From IMG/VR virus record IMGVR_UViG_3300048088_000314, positions 26,805-90,804 of that record: DNA of 64,000 bases; one strand, 5' to 3'. The stretch is from a virus. Below the pieces are notes generated by a model. It did not search any database and was not told where the DNA came from. It saw only the letters and a program-made list of their open reading frames with translations. This document shows, piece after piece, positions 27,650 to 36,740 of the stretch (position 1 is the stretch's first letter; every line of letters begins with the position of its first letter). The translations under genes were made by a program, and so were the position numbers.

Positions 27650-28587
27650 GGGTTGATTGGGTACGCTGTGCGCTGTGCGGCTCAACGGAAAGCAAACCAA
27701 TCGCCGCAGGGACTGACCGCGAATATCGCACGACGATCGAGCACTTTTGCGCCGTGGCCTGCGCTGGGTGCGGGTTCGTCTATCTCAATCCCCGCCCGGC
27801 CGAGTGCGAGCTCGGCACGATCTATCCAAAGACCTACCACTCCTACGTGATCGGCGATGGCCTGACCGCGAAGATGCGCCGCATGGCGGGACGCTGGCGC
27901 ATGGCACGCGCGCTCGGCCACTACTACCCCAAGAGGCCGAGGCTGCTCGACATCGGCTGCGGCAACGGCTGGCTGCTCGACGTGTTCAAAGACCTTCGCC
28001 CCGACATGGTCACGGCAGGCGTCGACATTGACGAACAAGCCTGTCGCGCAGCGAGGGAACGAGGCCACCTGGCCCATACCGGGCGCTTCGAGGACATCGA
28101 CTGGCAGGGGCACTACGACATCATCAACCTGACCCACGTCATCGAGCATCTCTCTGATCCGGTCGCCGTGATGCGCCGGGCGGCGGGACTTCTGAGCACC
28201 GGCGGGATCATGGTGATCGAGACCCCCAACATCGGCGCACTCGATCATCGCTGGTTCCGAAATACATGGGGAGCTTATCACTTCCCCCGGCACTGGAGCT
28301 TCTTCGACGCCGAGCATCTGGACCGCGCCGCGGCCGATTGCGGCCTCGAGAGGGCTGACCTCTACTACCTGCCGGCTCCCACCCACTGGGTGTGGACCCT
28401 CCACAATCTCACCGGCTGGTGGCTGTTCGACCCGACCGCGATCTTCAAGGCCAAGCTGTGGCCGGCGGTCCTGCTGGCGGGGTTCTATCTCCTTGACCGC
28501 CTCATCCTGGCTTGCGGCGCACAGACGTCGGTGATGACAGCGGTCTACCGACTCCGCGCGGAGTCGGTGCCCAAAATTCAAGGCTAG
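27646..28587 (+). CDS. class I SAM-dependent methyltransferase with N-terminal Zn ribbon
   Basis: CALC...CAGC; LLDIGCGNG; HVIEHL.DP; ATGA overlap. Confidence 0.85.
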   Translation: MRVDWVRCALCGSTESKPIAAGTDREYRTTIEHFCAVACAGCGFVYLNPRPAECELGTIYPKTYHSYVIGDGLTAKMRRMAGRWRMARALGHYYPKRPRLLDIGCGNGWLLDVFKDLRPDMVTAGVDIDEQACRAARERGHLAHTGRFEDIDWQGHYDIINLTHVIEHLSDPVAVMRRAAGLLSTGGIMVIETPNIGALDHRWFRNTWGAYHFPRHWSFFDAEHLDRAAADCGLERADLYYLPAPTHWVWTLHNLTGWWLFDPTAIFKAKLWPAVLLAGFYLLDRLILACGAQTSVMTAVYRLRAESVPKIQG

Positions 28588-28649
28588 GAAAGAACACCGC
28601 GCGTCTGTACAATCTCCCCACCTATGGGCCTATGGCTGGGGGCAGGGAC

Positions 28650-29054
28650 ATGAAGCGGAATTTCTCCTTGGGCGTTCTGTTGGCGGCCCTGGTCGCATTG
28701 GCTCTGCCGACCTCGGCCTTCGCGCAGGCAGGCGCGGCGTGCCCGATCGCCACGCAATCGCCGGTCGTTAGCGCGGCCTCGACCTACACGCTGAAGGCAT
28801 CCGACAACTGCAAGACGCTCGTGTTCACCGCGGCGTCGGTGGCGATCACCATGCCGAATGCGCCCGTGACCTTTCCGCCCGGCTGGCGGGTGTGGCTGAA
28901 GGCGACCGGGGCCAACGGCATCTACACGACGCCGACGACCTCGCTGCTCGACGGCGCCTCGAGCCAGTTGCACATCACCCAGGGCTTCGGGTGCCAGTTG
29001 AACTCCGACGCCGTCAATATGTATTCGATCGGCTGCGGCGTCGCCCACCCGTAG
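28650..29054 (+). CDS. signal-peptide protein with a tail-fibre-like beta domain
   Basis: MKR-hydrophobic-AFA signal; TYTL...D...L......T.P pattern. Confidence 0.6.
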   Translation: MKRNFSLGVLLAALVALALPTSAFAQAGAACPIATQSPVVSAASTYTLKASDNCKTLVFTAASVAITMPNAPVTFPPGWRVWLKATGANGIYTTPTTSLLDGASSQLHITQGFGCQLNSDAVNMYSIGCGVAHP

Positions 29055-29107
29055 CACGAGAAGCTCGGCGGGGCGGCTTTTCGGCCTGATCCGGCGGTCG
29101 TCCCTTT

Positions 29108-29146
29108 GATCGTCTCCCGCGTGGAGACGCAGTGCGGGAGACGATC
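29108..29146 (+). promoter_or_regulatory. SD-sequestering hairpin with an alternative fold
   Basis: Perfect 13-bp inverted repeat GATCGTCTCCCGC/GCGGGAGACGATC; the loop holds a second GGAGACG. Confidence 0.6.
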
Positions 29147-29147
29147 G

Positions 29148-30116
29148 ATGAGGCTGCGCTTCCTTCTTGGGGTCATCGCTGTTGCGGCGGCTCTATTTGG
29201 ACCATCGGCTCTGCGAGCGGAGCCGAGCCCGGTAACGGCTTATCCGCCGGGCTGGACGCAGATCGGTGCGCCGGCATCCCTATCCGTCTCGAACAGCACT
29301 GGCAATGTTAAGCTAGGCTGGGTAGGCGTTCAGGCGCAGGCTCCACAAAATGCGTGGGTTTGCAATACCGGAGCGAACACCGCTTACGTCGCCTTTGGTG
29401 CCGCAAGCACGGTCGTGGCAACGGCATCGAATTTTGCGATATCGGGCGGCGGCTCCTGCGTTTTGCTTGCCCTTAACGGTGCCTCTTATATTGCGGGCAT
29501 CACCGCTGGTTCAACAACGACACTTTCGGTCCTCACCGGCGACGGAACCCCACCGAGCAGTCTGTCTTCGGGAAGCTCTCCCCCGATAATCGGGACAGTT
29601 GCTATCGACCAAGCGATACCCGGGTCGACGAACCTCGTCTCGGCCGGTTTCTCGCAGCAGGTCGCCAGCACCCCGGTTGTCCAGAACGCGCAATATGTCT
29701 CCGGCAACTGCATCGGCGGGTTCAACGCGATCACGGTCGCGGTCAACAACGGGCAGTCGGGCTTCGTCACCCATTTCCGCGTTGCCTCGCTCGGCGGCTC
29801 GATCCCGACGCTGACGATCTACCTGTTCTCGTCGAATCCGTCTGCCTCGACCTGCACGGACAAATCCACGTTTACGCTCGCCGCGGCGGACGTGGATAAG
29901 CTGATCGTATCGCCGACGGCGATCACGCTGGCCGCCCCGACCGGCACGTCGGTCACGTTTGGCGCGACCGAGTTCACCCCGCCGCGGGCATTTATCGCCG
30001 GCGGCTCGACCGGCAGCGGCGTCGCGACGATCTACTACGGACTGGTCAGCGGCACGACCTTTACCCCGGCCACGGTCTCGGACCTGCACACGCGCACCGG
30101 CGTGGTGCTGAATTAA
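29148..30116 (+). CDS. signal-peptide, Ser/Thr-rich virion-like protein
   Basis: Sec-type signal; beta-rich composition. Confidence 0.7.
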   Translation: MRLRFLLGVIAVAAALFGPSALRAEPSPVTAYPPGWTQIGAPASLSVSNSTGNVKLGWVGVQAQAPQNAWVCNTGANTAYVAFGAASTVVATASNFAISGGGSCVLLALNGASYIAGITAGSTTTLSVLTGDGTPPSSLSSGSSPPIIGTVAIDQAIPGSTNLVSAGFSQQVASTPVVQNAQYVSGNCIGGFNAITVAVNNGQSGFVTHFRVASLGGSIPTLTIYLFSSNPSASTCTDKSTFTLAAADVDKLIVSPTAITLAAPTGTSVTFGATEFTPPRAFIAGGSTGSGVATIYYGLVSGTTFTPATVSDLHTRTGVVLN

Positions 30117-30117
30117 G

Positions 30118-31527
30118 ATGCGCCGCATCGGTTGGTGGCTTCTTGCCGGACTGCTCGCCTGCCTGCCGCTGGTCGACCGCGCCGCCGCGGTCACCCCGAC
30201 GCAGCAGGCGGTCCTGTTCACCGCGCCGTGCCCGGCCTTCGTGCCGCGCGTCGCCGGGGTCTGCGCCTCGCCGTTCGCCAACTTCGCGACGGGCCAGTAC
30301 TTCTACAACCACGTCTCGACCAACAGCTTCTCCGGATGGCTTTCTGCGCTCAGTGGAACCTTCGCCCGCGCCGACGCCACGTCGCCGATCGCCAGCTACG
30401 TCAACTCCGCCGGCCTGATCGCCTTCGCCGGGGCCAACGTCCCGCGCTTTACCTACGATCCGGTGACGTTGCAGCCGCAGGGCATCCTGCTGGAAGGGTC
30501 GCGGCAGAATATTGCCCTTTCCAGCGGAGATATACGCAGCGCCACTGCCGAAGGAAACTCCATCACCGCTTGGACCGCGCAAGCAACGACAGCAGTACTT
30601 GCGGCGGCTGGGACCGCCCCGGACGGTGTAAGTGCCGCAACGATAGTTACAGCAACCGCTGGAACTGGGGATCATGAGCGGTTCCAGTCGATCGCCAATA
30701 CCAACGTCGCACTTGGTTACTCGATCTTCGCCAAGAAGGGCACCGCTAATTGGGTTGGCATCTGGGCGAACGTTTCGACGACGGGCGCTTATTTTAACCT
30801 TGCCACGGGTGCGGTCGGAACCATCGGCGGGTCTGCCACCAGTGCGTCAATTCAGGCATACCCGAACGGGTGGTATAGGCTTACGGTCGTTGCGACGGTG
30901 CCAGCCAACCGGGCGTGGACCATTATGCCCGCAACGGTAGACAATCAAGCGTTCAACTGGAACGCCGCCGGGACCGAGAACATTCTCGTCTGGGGCGCAG
31001 ATGTAGAAATCGGCTCCTTCCCCTCGTCCTACATCCCGACGACCACCGTGGCGGTGACGCGGGCGGCGGATGTTTTCCGCCTTGGGTTGACCGGTATGGT
31101 TAACCTGGCCGGATTTACTTATTTCTTGCAGGCGGACCCATCACAGGGCGTTTCTCAGGAACTCTTATGGTCCGGAGAGCCTGGCGCGAACGACACCACG
31201 GAAGCATTTAACTCTACCGGATCGGTGTATCAGTCGTTCCTTTATGCGTCGGGGGGAACCGTCCACGCTGATGTCACCGCCGGGTCGCCGTCAACCATAA
31301 AGCTCGCGCAAGCATTCAGTAATGTTGATCTTTCGGTTCGCGCAAGCGTAAATGGCTCTGCTGTGGCGAGCGCGTCGTCTAGTGGTACACTAAAGGCGGT
31401 CACAGACATGACCGTTGGAGCTTTCAGAACGAACGCCACGAACAACTATTTTGGTAAATTTCAGCAGTTAGGGATTTTCCCTTCAATGGCGATCCCGAAT
31501 GCCGACCTGCAGCGGCTGACGCAGTGA
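30118..31527 (+). CDS. head-spike/fibre-like protein with LamG-like C-terminus and signal peptide
   Basis: FARA....SYVN..G.......PRF.YDP......GILLE..R.N and SSYIPTT..AVTRAAD motifs. Confidence 0.75.
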   Translation: MRRIGWWLLAGLLACLPLVDRAAAVTPTQQAVLFTAPCPAFVPRVAGVCASPFANFATGQYFYNHVSTNSFSGWLSALSGTFARADATSPIASYVNSAGLIAFAGANVPRFTYDPVTLQPQGILLEGSRQNIALSSGDIRSATAEGNSITAWTAQATTAVLAAAGTAPDGVSAATIVTATAGTGDHERFQSIANTNVALGYSIFAKKGTANWVGIWANVSTTGAYFNLATGAVGTIGGSATSASIQAYPNGWYRLTVVATVPANRAWTIMPATVDNQAFNWNAAGTENILVWGADVEIGSFPSSYIPTTTVAVTRAADVFRLGLTGMVNLAGFTYFLQADPSQGVSQELLWSGEPGANDTTEAFNSTGSVYQSFLYASGGTVHADVTAGSPSTIKLAQAFSNVDLSVRASVNGSAVASASSSGTLKAVTDMTVGAFRTNATNNYFGKFQQLGIFPSMAIPNADLQRLTQ

Positions 31528-31553
31528 TGCCCTGCTATCTCGGGGAGAAGCTG

Positions 31554-32051
31554 ATGTTCGTCTACGCGGCGTCCCTTGTGCTGCTTGCGTTTGCCCTCTC
31601 CGGCTGCGGCACGACGCCGCTTGCTCGTATCGCCTACATGCCACCCGACGAGTTCTTGCGGCCGTTCAACGGCACGGTGGTGGTCATGCCGCAAGACCCC
31701 AACTCTCCTAATGTGTCGTCAGCGGAGACGAAACCGACGCTTGGGACGTGCATCATCCGACTCCCGGCGGGACACACCGTTCCAGGCATAGCGGCCCCCG
31801 CTGCGCCGACGACGATGCTGTTTGAGCCGTCCGTTGCTCCGTCTCAGGGCGCGTGGCGGATCAACGATGAGCTGCGCCGTGGCCTGTTCCTGATCGAGCT
31901 TGGCGGCTGCAATGGGGCGATCGACGTGAACGCGGACCCACAGCGGCGGATCGTTCCGGCCGGCTACGAGCGCACGCTGGCCTCGCGCGACTGGACGCCG
32001 GTCTACGAGCGCCTGGCTGCGACGGCCAAGTGGGTCGGGGTGGCTCCATAA
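31554..32051 (+). CDS. lipoprotein
   Basis: Lipobox LSGC; GGGGAG SD. Confidence 0.65.
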   Translation: MFVYAASLVLLAFALSGCGTTPLARIAYMPPDEFLRPFNGTVVVMPQDPNSPNVSSAETKPTLGTCIIRLPAGHTVPGIAAPAAPTTMLFEPSVAPSQGAWRINDELRRGLFLIELGGCNGAIDVNADPQRRIVPAGYERTLASRDWTPVYERLAATAKWVGVAP

Positions 32052-33070
32052 CCGCCGCGATTCTAGCATTTGCCGCATCGGTAGCCTTCTGGCCGGGCCT
32101 TATCTCGGCGGCGGTGGCGCCGCGCTGGGCGCTGCTCGCCGTTGGTCTTCCTCTCGTATCCTGGCTTGACCCTCGCGCTCTCGGGATGGTGCCGCTTCTG
32201 CTGATGGCGGGGTTTCTCGCCTACGCCGGGATGTCGCTGGCCTGGGCACCGGATCGGCTAACGGGATTCAACGACCTTCTGCACCTGCTGGTGTTTGCCG
32301 CGGCGGTCCTGCTCGGAGCAAATCTCACCGAGGTCGACAAGGTGCTGCGCGCCGCGGGATGGGGAATCGGGATCTCGAGCGCGGTGGTGATCGCGCAGTT
32401 CTTCGGATGGTCGGCTATCCCGCAGGCGTCGATCCCGGCCGGCCTGTTCTTCAATCGGGACATCCTGGCCGAGGTTGCGGCGGTGGTTTTCGTTTGGGCG
32501 GTCCTCAGCCGGCAGATCCCGCTCGCGATCGTGCTGGCGATCCCGCTGGCTTTCTGCGGTTCCCGGGTGGCGCTGATGGCGGCAGGGGTTGGTCTTGTAA
32601 TGGGCCTGCCGCGGCGCTGGGCGCTCCTGGGAGGGGCATTAGCCATCGCGGCCACGATCTGGGTCTCGATCTATTTCCAGCACAAGCTGACGAGCGTTGG
32701 CGAGCGCCTGGACATCTGGCAAGCCGCTCTCTCGGGTCTGTCGATCGCCGGCCGCGGTATCGGGTCCTTTACCGCCGATCATCCTGGGTGGGAATATGTC
32801 CACAGCGATCTCCTCCAGTACGCCTACGAACTCGGGGTCGGCGCGATCCTCCTCGCGGCCTTTGCTGCCTACGCGGCGTGGCGATCCCCTCCTGGACCTC
32901 TGCGCGCCGTGGCCGTTACCTTGGGTGCCGAGGCTGCCATTGCCTTCCCCTTTCATGTTCCGCTTGCGGTTCTCCTGGCTGGCGTGGTGGCGGGTTTTAT
33001 GGCTCGCAGGGGGCCTCGCCTACGCATGGAGCAGCCTGTCGGCGGAGGTTCACCTAGCTTCGCTGTTTGA
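32030..33070 (+). CDS. O-antigen ligase/Wzy_C-like membrane protein
   Basis: SR motif, ERL.IW, GRGIGSF, HSD.LQ..YELG. Confidence 0.75.
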   Translation: MGRGGSITAAILAFAASVAFWPGLISAAVAPRWALLAVGLPLVSWLDPRALGMVPLLLMAGFLAYAGMSLAWAPDRLTGFNDLLHLLVFAAAVLLGANLTEVDKVLRAAGWGIGISSAVVIAQFFGWSAIPQASIPAGLFFNRDILAEVAAVVFVWAVLSRQIPLAIVLAIPLAFCGSRVALMAAGVGLVMGLPRRWALLGGALAIAATIWVSIYFQHKLTSVGERLDIWQAALSGLSIAGRGIGSFTADHPGWEYVHSDLLQYAYELGVGAILLAAFAAYAAWRSPPGPLRAVAVTLGAEAAIAFPFHVPLAVLLAGVVAGFMARRGPRLRMEQPVGGGSPSFAV

Positions 33071-33221
33071 CGGCCATGAGCGCACCGGAGAGGAAGTGAT
33101 GGGCATCGCCACCGACGCGGTGAGCCGGTTTCCCTTCGATCCCCACCTGCGGGACGTCCTGACGCAGCTTGCCCAGATGGTGGGTGCGGCAACCCGTGGA
33201 GATTCCACAGGGAAGTGGTAA
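32955..33221 (+). CDS. small membrane-anchored protein overlapping the ligase-like gene
   Basis: TM segment followed by FPFDPHLR. Confidence 0.4.
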   Translation: MFRLRFSWLAWWRVLWLAGGLAYAWSSLSAEVHLASLFDGHERTGEEVMGIATDAVSRFPFDPHLRDVLTQLAQMVGAATRGDSTGKW

Positions 33222-33258
33222 TCTAAGCTTATGTGGTTGTCACGAATGAGGTAGGCGG

Positions 33259-33456
33259 ATGGAGCATCCGCCGCTGACCGTGATCTGCACGATGTGCGGT
33301 GGAAAGGGAACTTTGGCCCGCTTGCCGGGGAAGACAATGGACAACCAGCCGGTAGGAGAAGTGCCGATTACGCGCTCCGAATTGTACCCCCAGGTCTGCG
33401 AGAAATGCTCAGGGAGCGGGCTGGTGGCGGCTCCGCTAGTGCCGGATTCGGATTGA
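33259..33456 (+). CDS. small DnaJ-type Zn-finger protein
   Basis: Two CxxCxGxG motifs. Confidence 0.6.
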   Translation: MEHPPLTVICTMCGGKGTLARLPGKTMDNQPVGEVPITRSELYPQVCEKCSGSGLVAAPLVPDSD

Positions 33457-33716
33457 GTAATGTGGATTGGGAAACCGTCCTCTCGCTTGGTGCGCTCAGC
33501 GTCGCTGTGTTAGCGGCGCTGTCGAGGGTGTTGGATAAGTCTCTTTCGATCCGGGAACACAATGAGTTCAAGGATCGCGTGATCAAACTGATCGACGACA
33601 ACCTGGGGCGGGTTGAGCGCGAGCTTGACAAGCTGGAAGATCGTCTCAAGGTCATAGAGCAGACGCGCCCGACGACGGGGGAACTAGAAGCGCGGCTGGG
33701 GAAAAGGAACAACTGA
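33453..33716 (+). CDS. holin-like TM/coiled-coil protein
   Basis: One TM helix, directly before the endolysin. Confidence 0.55.
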   Translation: MSNVDWETVLSLGALSVAVLAALSRVLDKSLSIREHNEFKDRVIKLIDDNLGRVERELDKLEDRLKVIEQTRPTTGELEARLGKRNN

Positions 33717-33717
33717 G

Positions 33718-34587
33718 ATGGTCGAATTTGCGGGACCGGCGACTCTGCTCACGCCGATGGATTTTGTTGTCGAGGCGGCGCTGATAAAGGTCGACGCCGC
33801 GACAGTCCATGCCGTGAGGGATGTCGAGTCCGGCGGCCGCTCGTTCCTGCCCGATGGCCGCCCGGTGATCCTCTTCGAGGCGCACGTCTTCGGCCGCCTG
33901 ACGCATCATCAGTGGGATGGGAGCCACCCCAACATCTCGGCACCGTCCTGGGACCGCTCGCTGTACGGCGCCGGCGGTGCGCACCAGTACGACCGCCTGG
34001 CAGAGGCCATCGCCCTTGACCGCGAGGCGGCGTTGCAGAGTGCCTCCTGGGGCGCCTTCCAGATCCTCGGTCTGAACTTCAAGTCGTGCGGCTTCAACGA
34101 CGTCGAGGCCTACGTCGCGGCGATGGTGCAGGGCGAGCGGCAGCAGCTTGACGCCTTCGTGGCGTTCTGCAGCGCCGCCAACCTCACTCGTTTCCTGCGG
34201 GCCCATGACTGGGCCAATTTCGCCGAGGGCTACAACGGCCCGGGCTACGCGGAAAACGCATACGATCGCAAGCTCCAGGCGGCCTGGACGAAATGGCTGG
34301 TGATGGAGGGCCCGGCCGGATCGCCGCAGCCGCCAGCCAACCCAGCGCCGCGGACTCTGCCCGAGCACCACTATGCGACGCTGCAAGAGGGGTCGAAGGG
34401 CGACGAGGTCCGCACGATGCAGCAGTACCTGCACGATCACGGCTATCCCAATCTCGAGGTCGACGGCATCTTCGGCGAAGAAACTGCGGATGCGGTGGTC
34501 GATGTGCAGGTCGCGAACGACCTGTCTGCCGACGCGATCGTTGGCCCAGCTACGCGCCCGTTTGTCGGGCTAGGAGAAGCACAATGA
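33718..34587 (+). CDS. endolysin: DUF3380 N-acetylmuramidase plus peptidoglycan-binding domain
   Basis: VESGG...P.ILFEAHVF; SASWGAFQILG.N; FA.GYNGP.Y..N.YD; VDGIFG..T..AV. Confidence 0.92.
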   Translation: MVEFAGPATLLTPMDFVVEAALIKVDAATVHAVRDVESGGRSFLPDGRPVILFEAHVFGRLTHHQWDGSHPNISAPSWDRSLYGAGGAHQYDRLAEAIALDREAALQSASWGAFQILGLNFKSCGFNDVEAYVAAMVQGERQQLDAFVAFCSAANLTRFLRAHDWANFAEGYNGPGYAENAYDRKLQAAWTKWLVMEGPAGSPQPPANPAPRTLPEHHYATLQEGSKGDEVRTMQQYLHDHGYPNLEVDGIFGEETADAVVDVQVANDLSADAIVGPATRPFVGLGEAQ

Positions 34588-35681
34588 TTTCCTTAGAGGT
34601 AGCCGCCAAGGTCGCGCAAGCCTTTCACCAGAGCGCGGCCCCGAGCCCGAATGCGTTGGCGCTATACTACGATCACTCCCTCTCAGCCGAGGCCGCTGCT
34701 CGGCTGAAGGTATGGGACGAGCAACCGGAAGCGCCACGAGCGCTAGAGGACTTGCGGCGGCTTCTCCTGCCGGGCCTGCTGATGGTCGAACAACGGTTCC
34801 TGGACATTCCCCGTCAATGGCCGAGCATCTATCGCCGCTCGCGTGGGACTTTTAACCCGGAGCGCGTGGTCGAGATGCGTTACACGGGTCTAGCCCAGCT
34901 ACGGTCACCGGGGTCTCCGACGATCTTCGACAACGCTGTTGGCGAGCGTTTCGTCTACAACATCCCTCGAAACGATCTCGCGCTCGCCACCACGCTGGCC
35001 TCCGATCTCGCGCGCTCGTCAGCGGCAGGCACCTTGGATAAGGCAGGATTCGAGATCATTGCAGCTTTGGCGCATAGCCTGGCCGAGGCGTTCAGAATCA
35101 GCGAGGAAATCCTCCACGCCAACGTGCTCAATACCGGCACCGTCTATAATCCGGGGGTCATGGGTGACGTCGTTCCACTCTTCTCGAATGCCCACCCGAT
35201 CGATACGGGGCACTACTCCAACCTGATGGACGCGCCGTTGAGCATGGCCTCCCTGGAACAGGCCATCGAGCTTATGGCGGCGATGCCAGACCAAGCGGGG
35301 AATCCGAAAAAGGCCACGCCCAAAATCTTGGTCGTGCCGATCGCCTTGCAATTTAAGGCGGTGCGATTGATGCACCAGATCGCAGACGAGGTCGGCGAGG
35401 AGCGGCGCGGCCGCTACCCGAGCGAATATGCAGTGCTCGATTACCTATCGAGCCCCGATGCGTGGTTCGTGAAGACGAGCATTCACGGACTGGCGAGCAT
35501 GGAATGGGCCCCCTTCCGGCTCGATCTGAAAATCGAGGGCGATGGTCTCGTCTTGGAGGGGGCGCAATCCTATACCGCGGGCTATTACAACCCGCGCGCT
35601 TGCGTCGGGAGTTTCCCCACGCCAGCGGCGCTGGATGCCGCCCGTGAGCCGATCGCTCATTTGGTGCGCCAGCATCAGTGA
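34584..35681 (+). CDS. major-capsid-like (Mu gpT-type) protein, probably a diverged paralogue
   Basis: LLLPGL, ANVLN.G....GD..LFS.AHP, P..LVVP..L, YL..P.AWF.KT motifs. Confidence 0.65.
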   Translation: MISLEVAAKVAQAFHQSAAPSPNALALYYDHSLSAEAAARLKVWDEQPEAPRALEDLRRLLLPGLLMVEQRFLDIPRQWPSIYRRSRGTFNPERVVEMRYTGLAQLRSPGSPTIFDNAVGERFVYNIPRNDLALATTLASDLARSSAAGTLDKAGFEIIAALAHSLAEAFRISEEILHANVLNTGTVYNPGVMGDVVPLFSNAHPIDTGHYSNLMDAPLSMASLEQAIELMAAMPDQAGNPKKATPKILVVPIALQFKAVRLMHQIADEVGEERRGRYPSEYAVLDYLSSPDAWFVKTSIHGLASMEWAPFRLDLKIEGDGLVLEGAQSYTAGYYNPRACVGSFPTPAALDAAREPIAHLVRQHQ

Positions 35682-35744
35682 GCGTCTCCCTCGACAACCG
35701 GAAGGTGTAGGCGTACAGGTAATCCCCGCTTAGGGGAGAGGCGC

Positions 35745-36029
35745 ATGAATCCGATTTCGCCGAAAGCCTACGTTGGCGGCGCTGCAGTGACGCTGGCGGC
35801 ACCGATTGTTGGTCTGATCGTCTATTTCGGCCACATGGCACCGCCGCCTGACGTTTTGGCGGATATGACGGCCGTGTTGGGGGCTGGGCTGGGATTTCTC
35901 GGCGCGTTTCTCGCACCGCACTTCCCGGCCGCGGCTCAGAACGGCAATGATGCGCAACAGCCCGCACCACCGCCGGCCCCGCCGCCACCACAAGCAATCA
36001 TCGAACCTGTCCCACAAGGAGCCGCCTGA
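35745..36029 (+). CDS. two-TM holin-like protein
   Basis: Two hydrophobic helices; GGAG SD. Confidence 0.55.
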   Translation: MNPISPKAYVGGAAVTLAAPIVGLIVYFGHMAPPPDVLADMTAVLGAGLGFLGAFLAPHFPAAAQNGNDAQQPAPPPAPPPPQAIIEPVPQGAA

Positions 36030-36565
36030 TGATCACCCGCCGCAACCTTCTCCGCACGACCGCCTGGCTTCCGATCGGCTTCGTCGTCGCTGGCTGCGCC
36101 GGCACTACGGGAAGCACGGGCACCACGACCGATCCTGGCGTGCTCCAGCGCGTGATCCAGTACGGCCAGGGCGTCGCTGGAGCCTTTACCGCGATCCTGC
36201 CGACCCTGCAGGCATTGCCCGGCGTCGGTGGTTCCAGCGTGCTCAGCACCCTCGTCTCGGTCGTTGGCGAGGCCGTCAAGGTGCTGCCGACCGTCGCCTC
36301 GATTGCCGGCGCGGCCAACCCCATCTCGGCCATCTTCGGCGCGCTCCCACAGATCGCCGCGCTGGTCGGCAGCGTGGGCAACCTGCCGCCCAACGTGCAG
36401 ATGTGGATCAACGCCACGGCATCTCTAGCTCAGGTCGTCGGCCCGCTGGTCGGCCTCGCGCTCACGCTGGCGGCGCCTGCGCCCGGCGTCGTCATGGCCG
36501 CACCGACCGCGCACCCCGACGAGCAGGTCGCGTACCTGCAACTGCTGGCGCTGCAGCGGCGATAA
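36029..36565 (+). CDS. Tat-type lipoprotein
   Basis: TRRNLL twin-Arg motif and VAGC lipobox. Confidence 0.65.
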   Translation: MITRRNLLRTTAWLPIGFVVAGCAGTTGSTGTTTDPGVLQRVIQYGQGVAGAFTAILPTLQALPGVGGSSVLSTLVSVVGEAVKVLPTVASIAGAANPISAIFGALPQIAALVGSVGNLPPNVQMWINATASLAQVVGPLVGLALTLAAPAPGVVMAAPTAHPDEQVAYLQLLALQRR

Positions 36566-36740
36566 AGCAATGGTCAGCATGACCGATTGGGAACCGTGGT
36601 TTGCATGGCGTCCCGTCTATTGCCGATACGGACGCCGTCAGGGTCTTGCGTGGCTGTGCTGGGTCGAGCGCGCATGGCGTGACGATTTCGGGACGCACAT
36701 CGGCCCCGAGCGCGCCTTCAGAATGCCGAGGGCACCCTAG

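Noticed and set aside
32992-32998. G GGT TTT slippery site joining the ligase-like gene to the overlapping ORF
   Set aside because: A -1 shift enters the wrong frame; the plausible downstream ORF is in +1.
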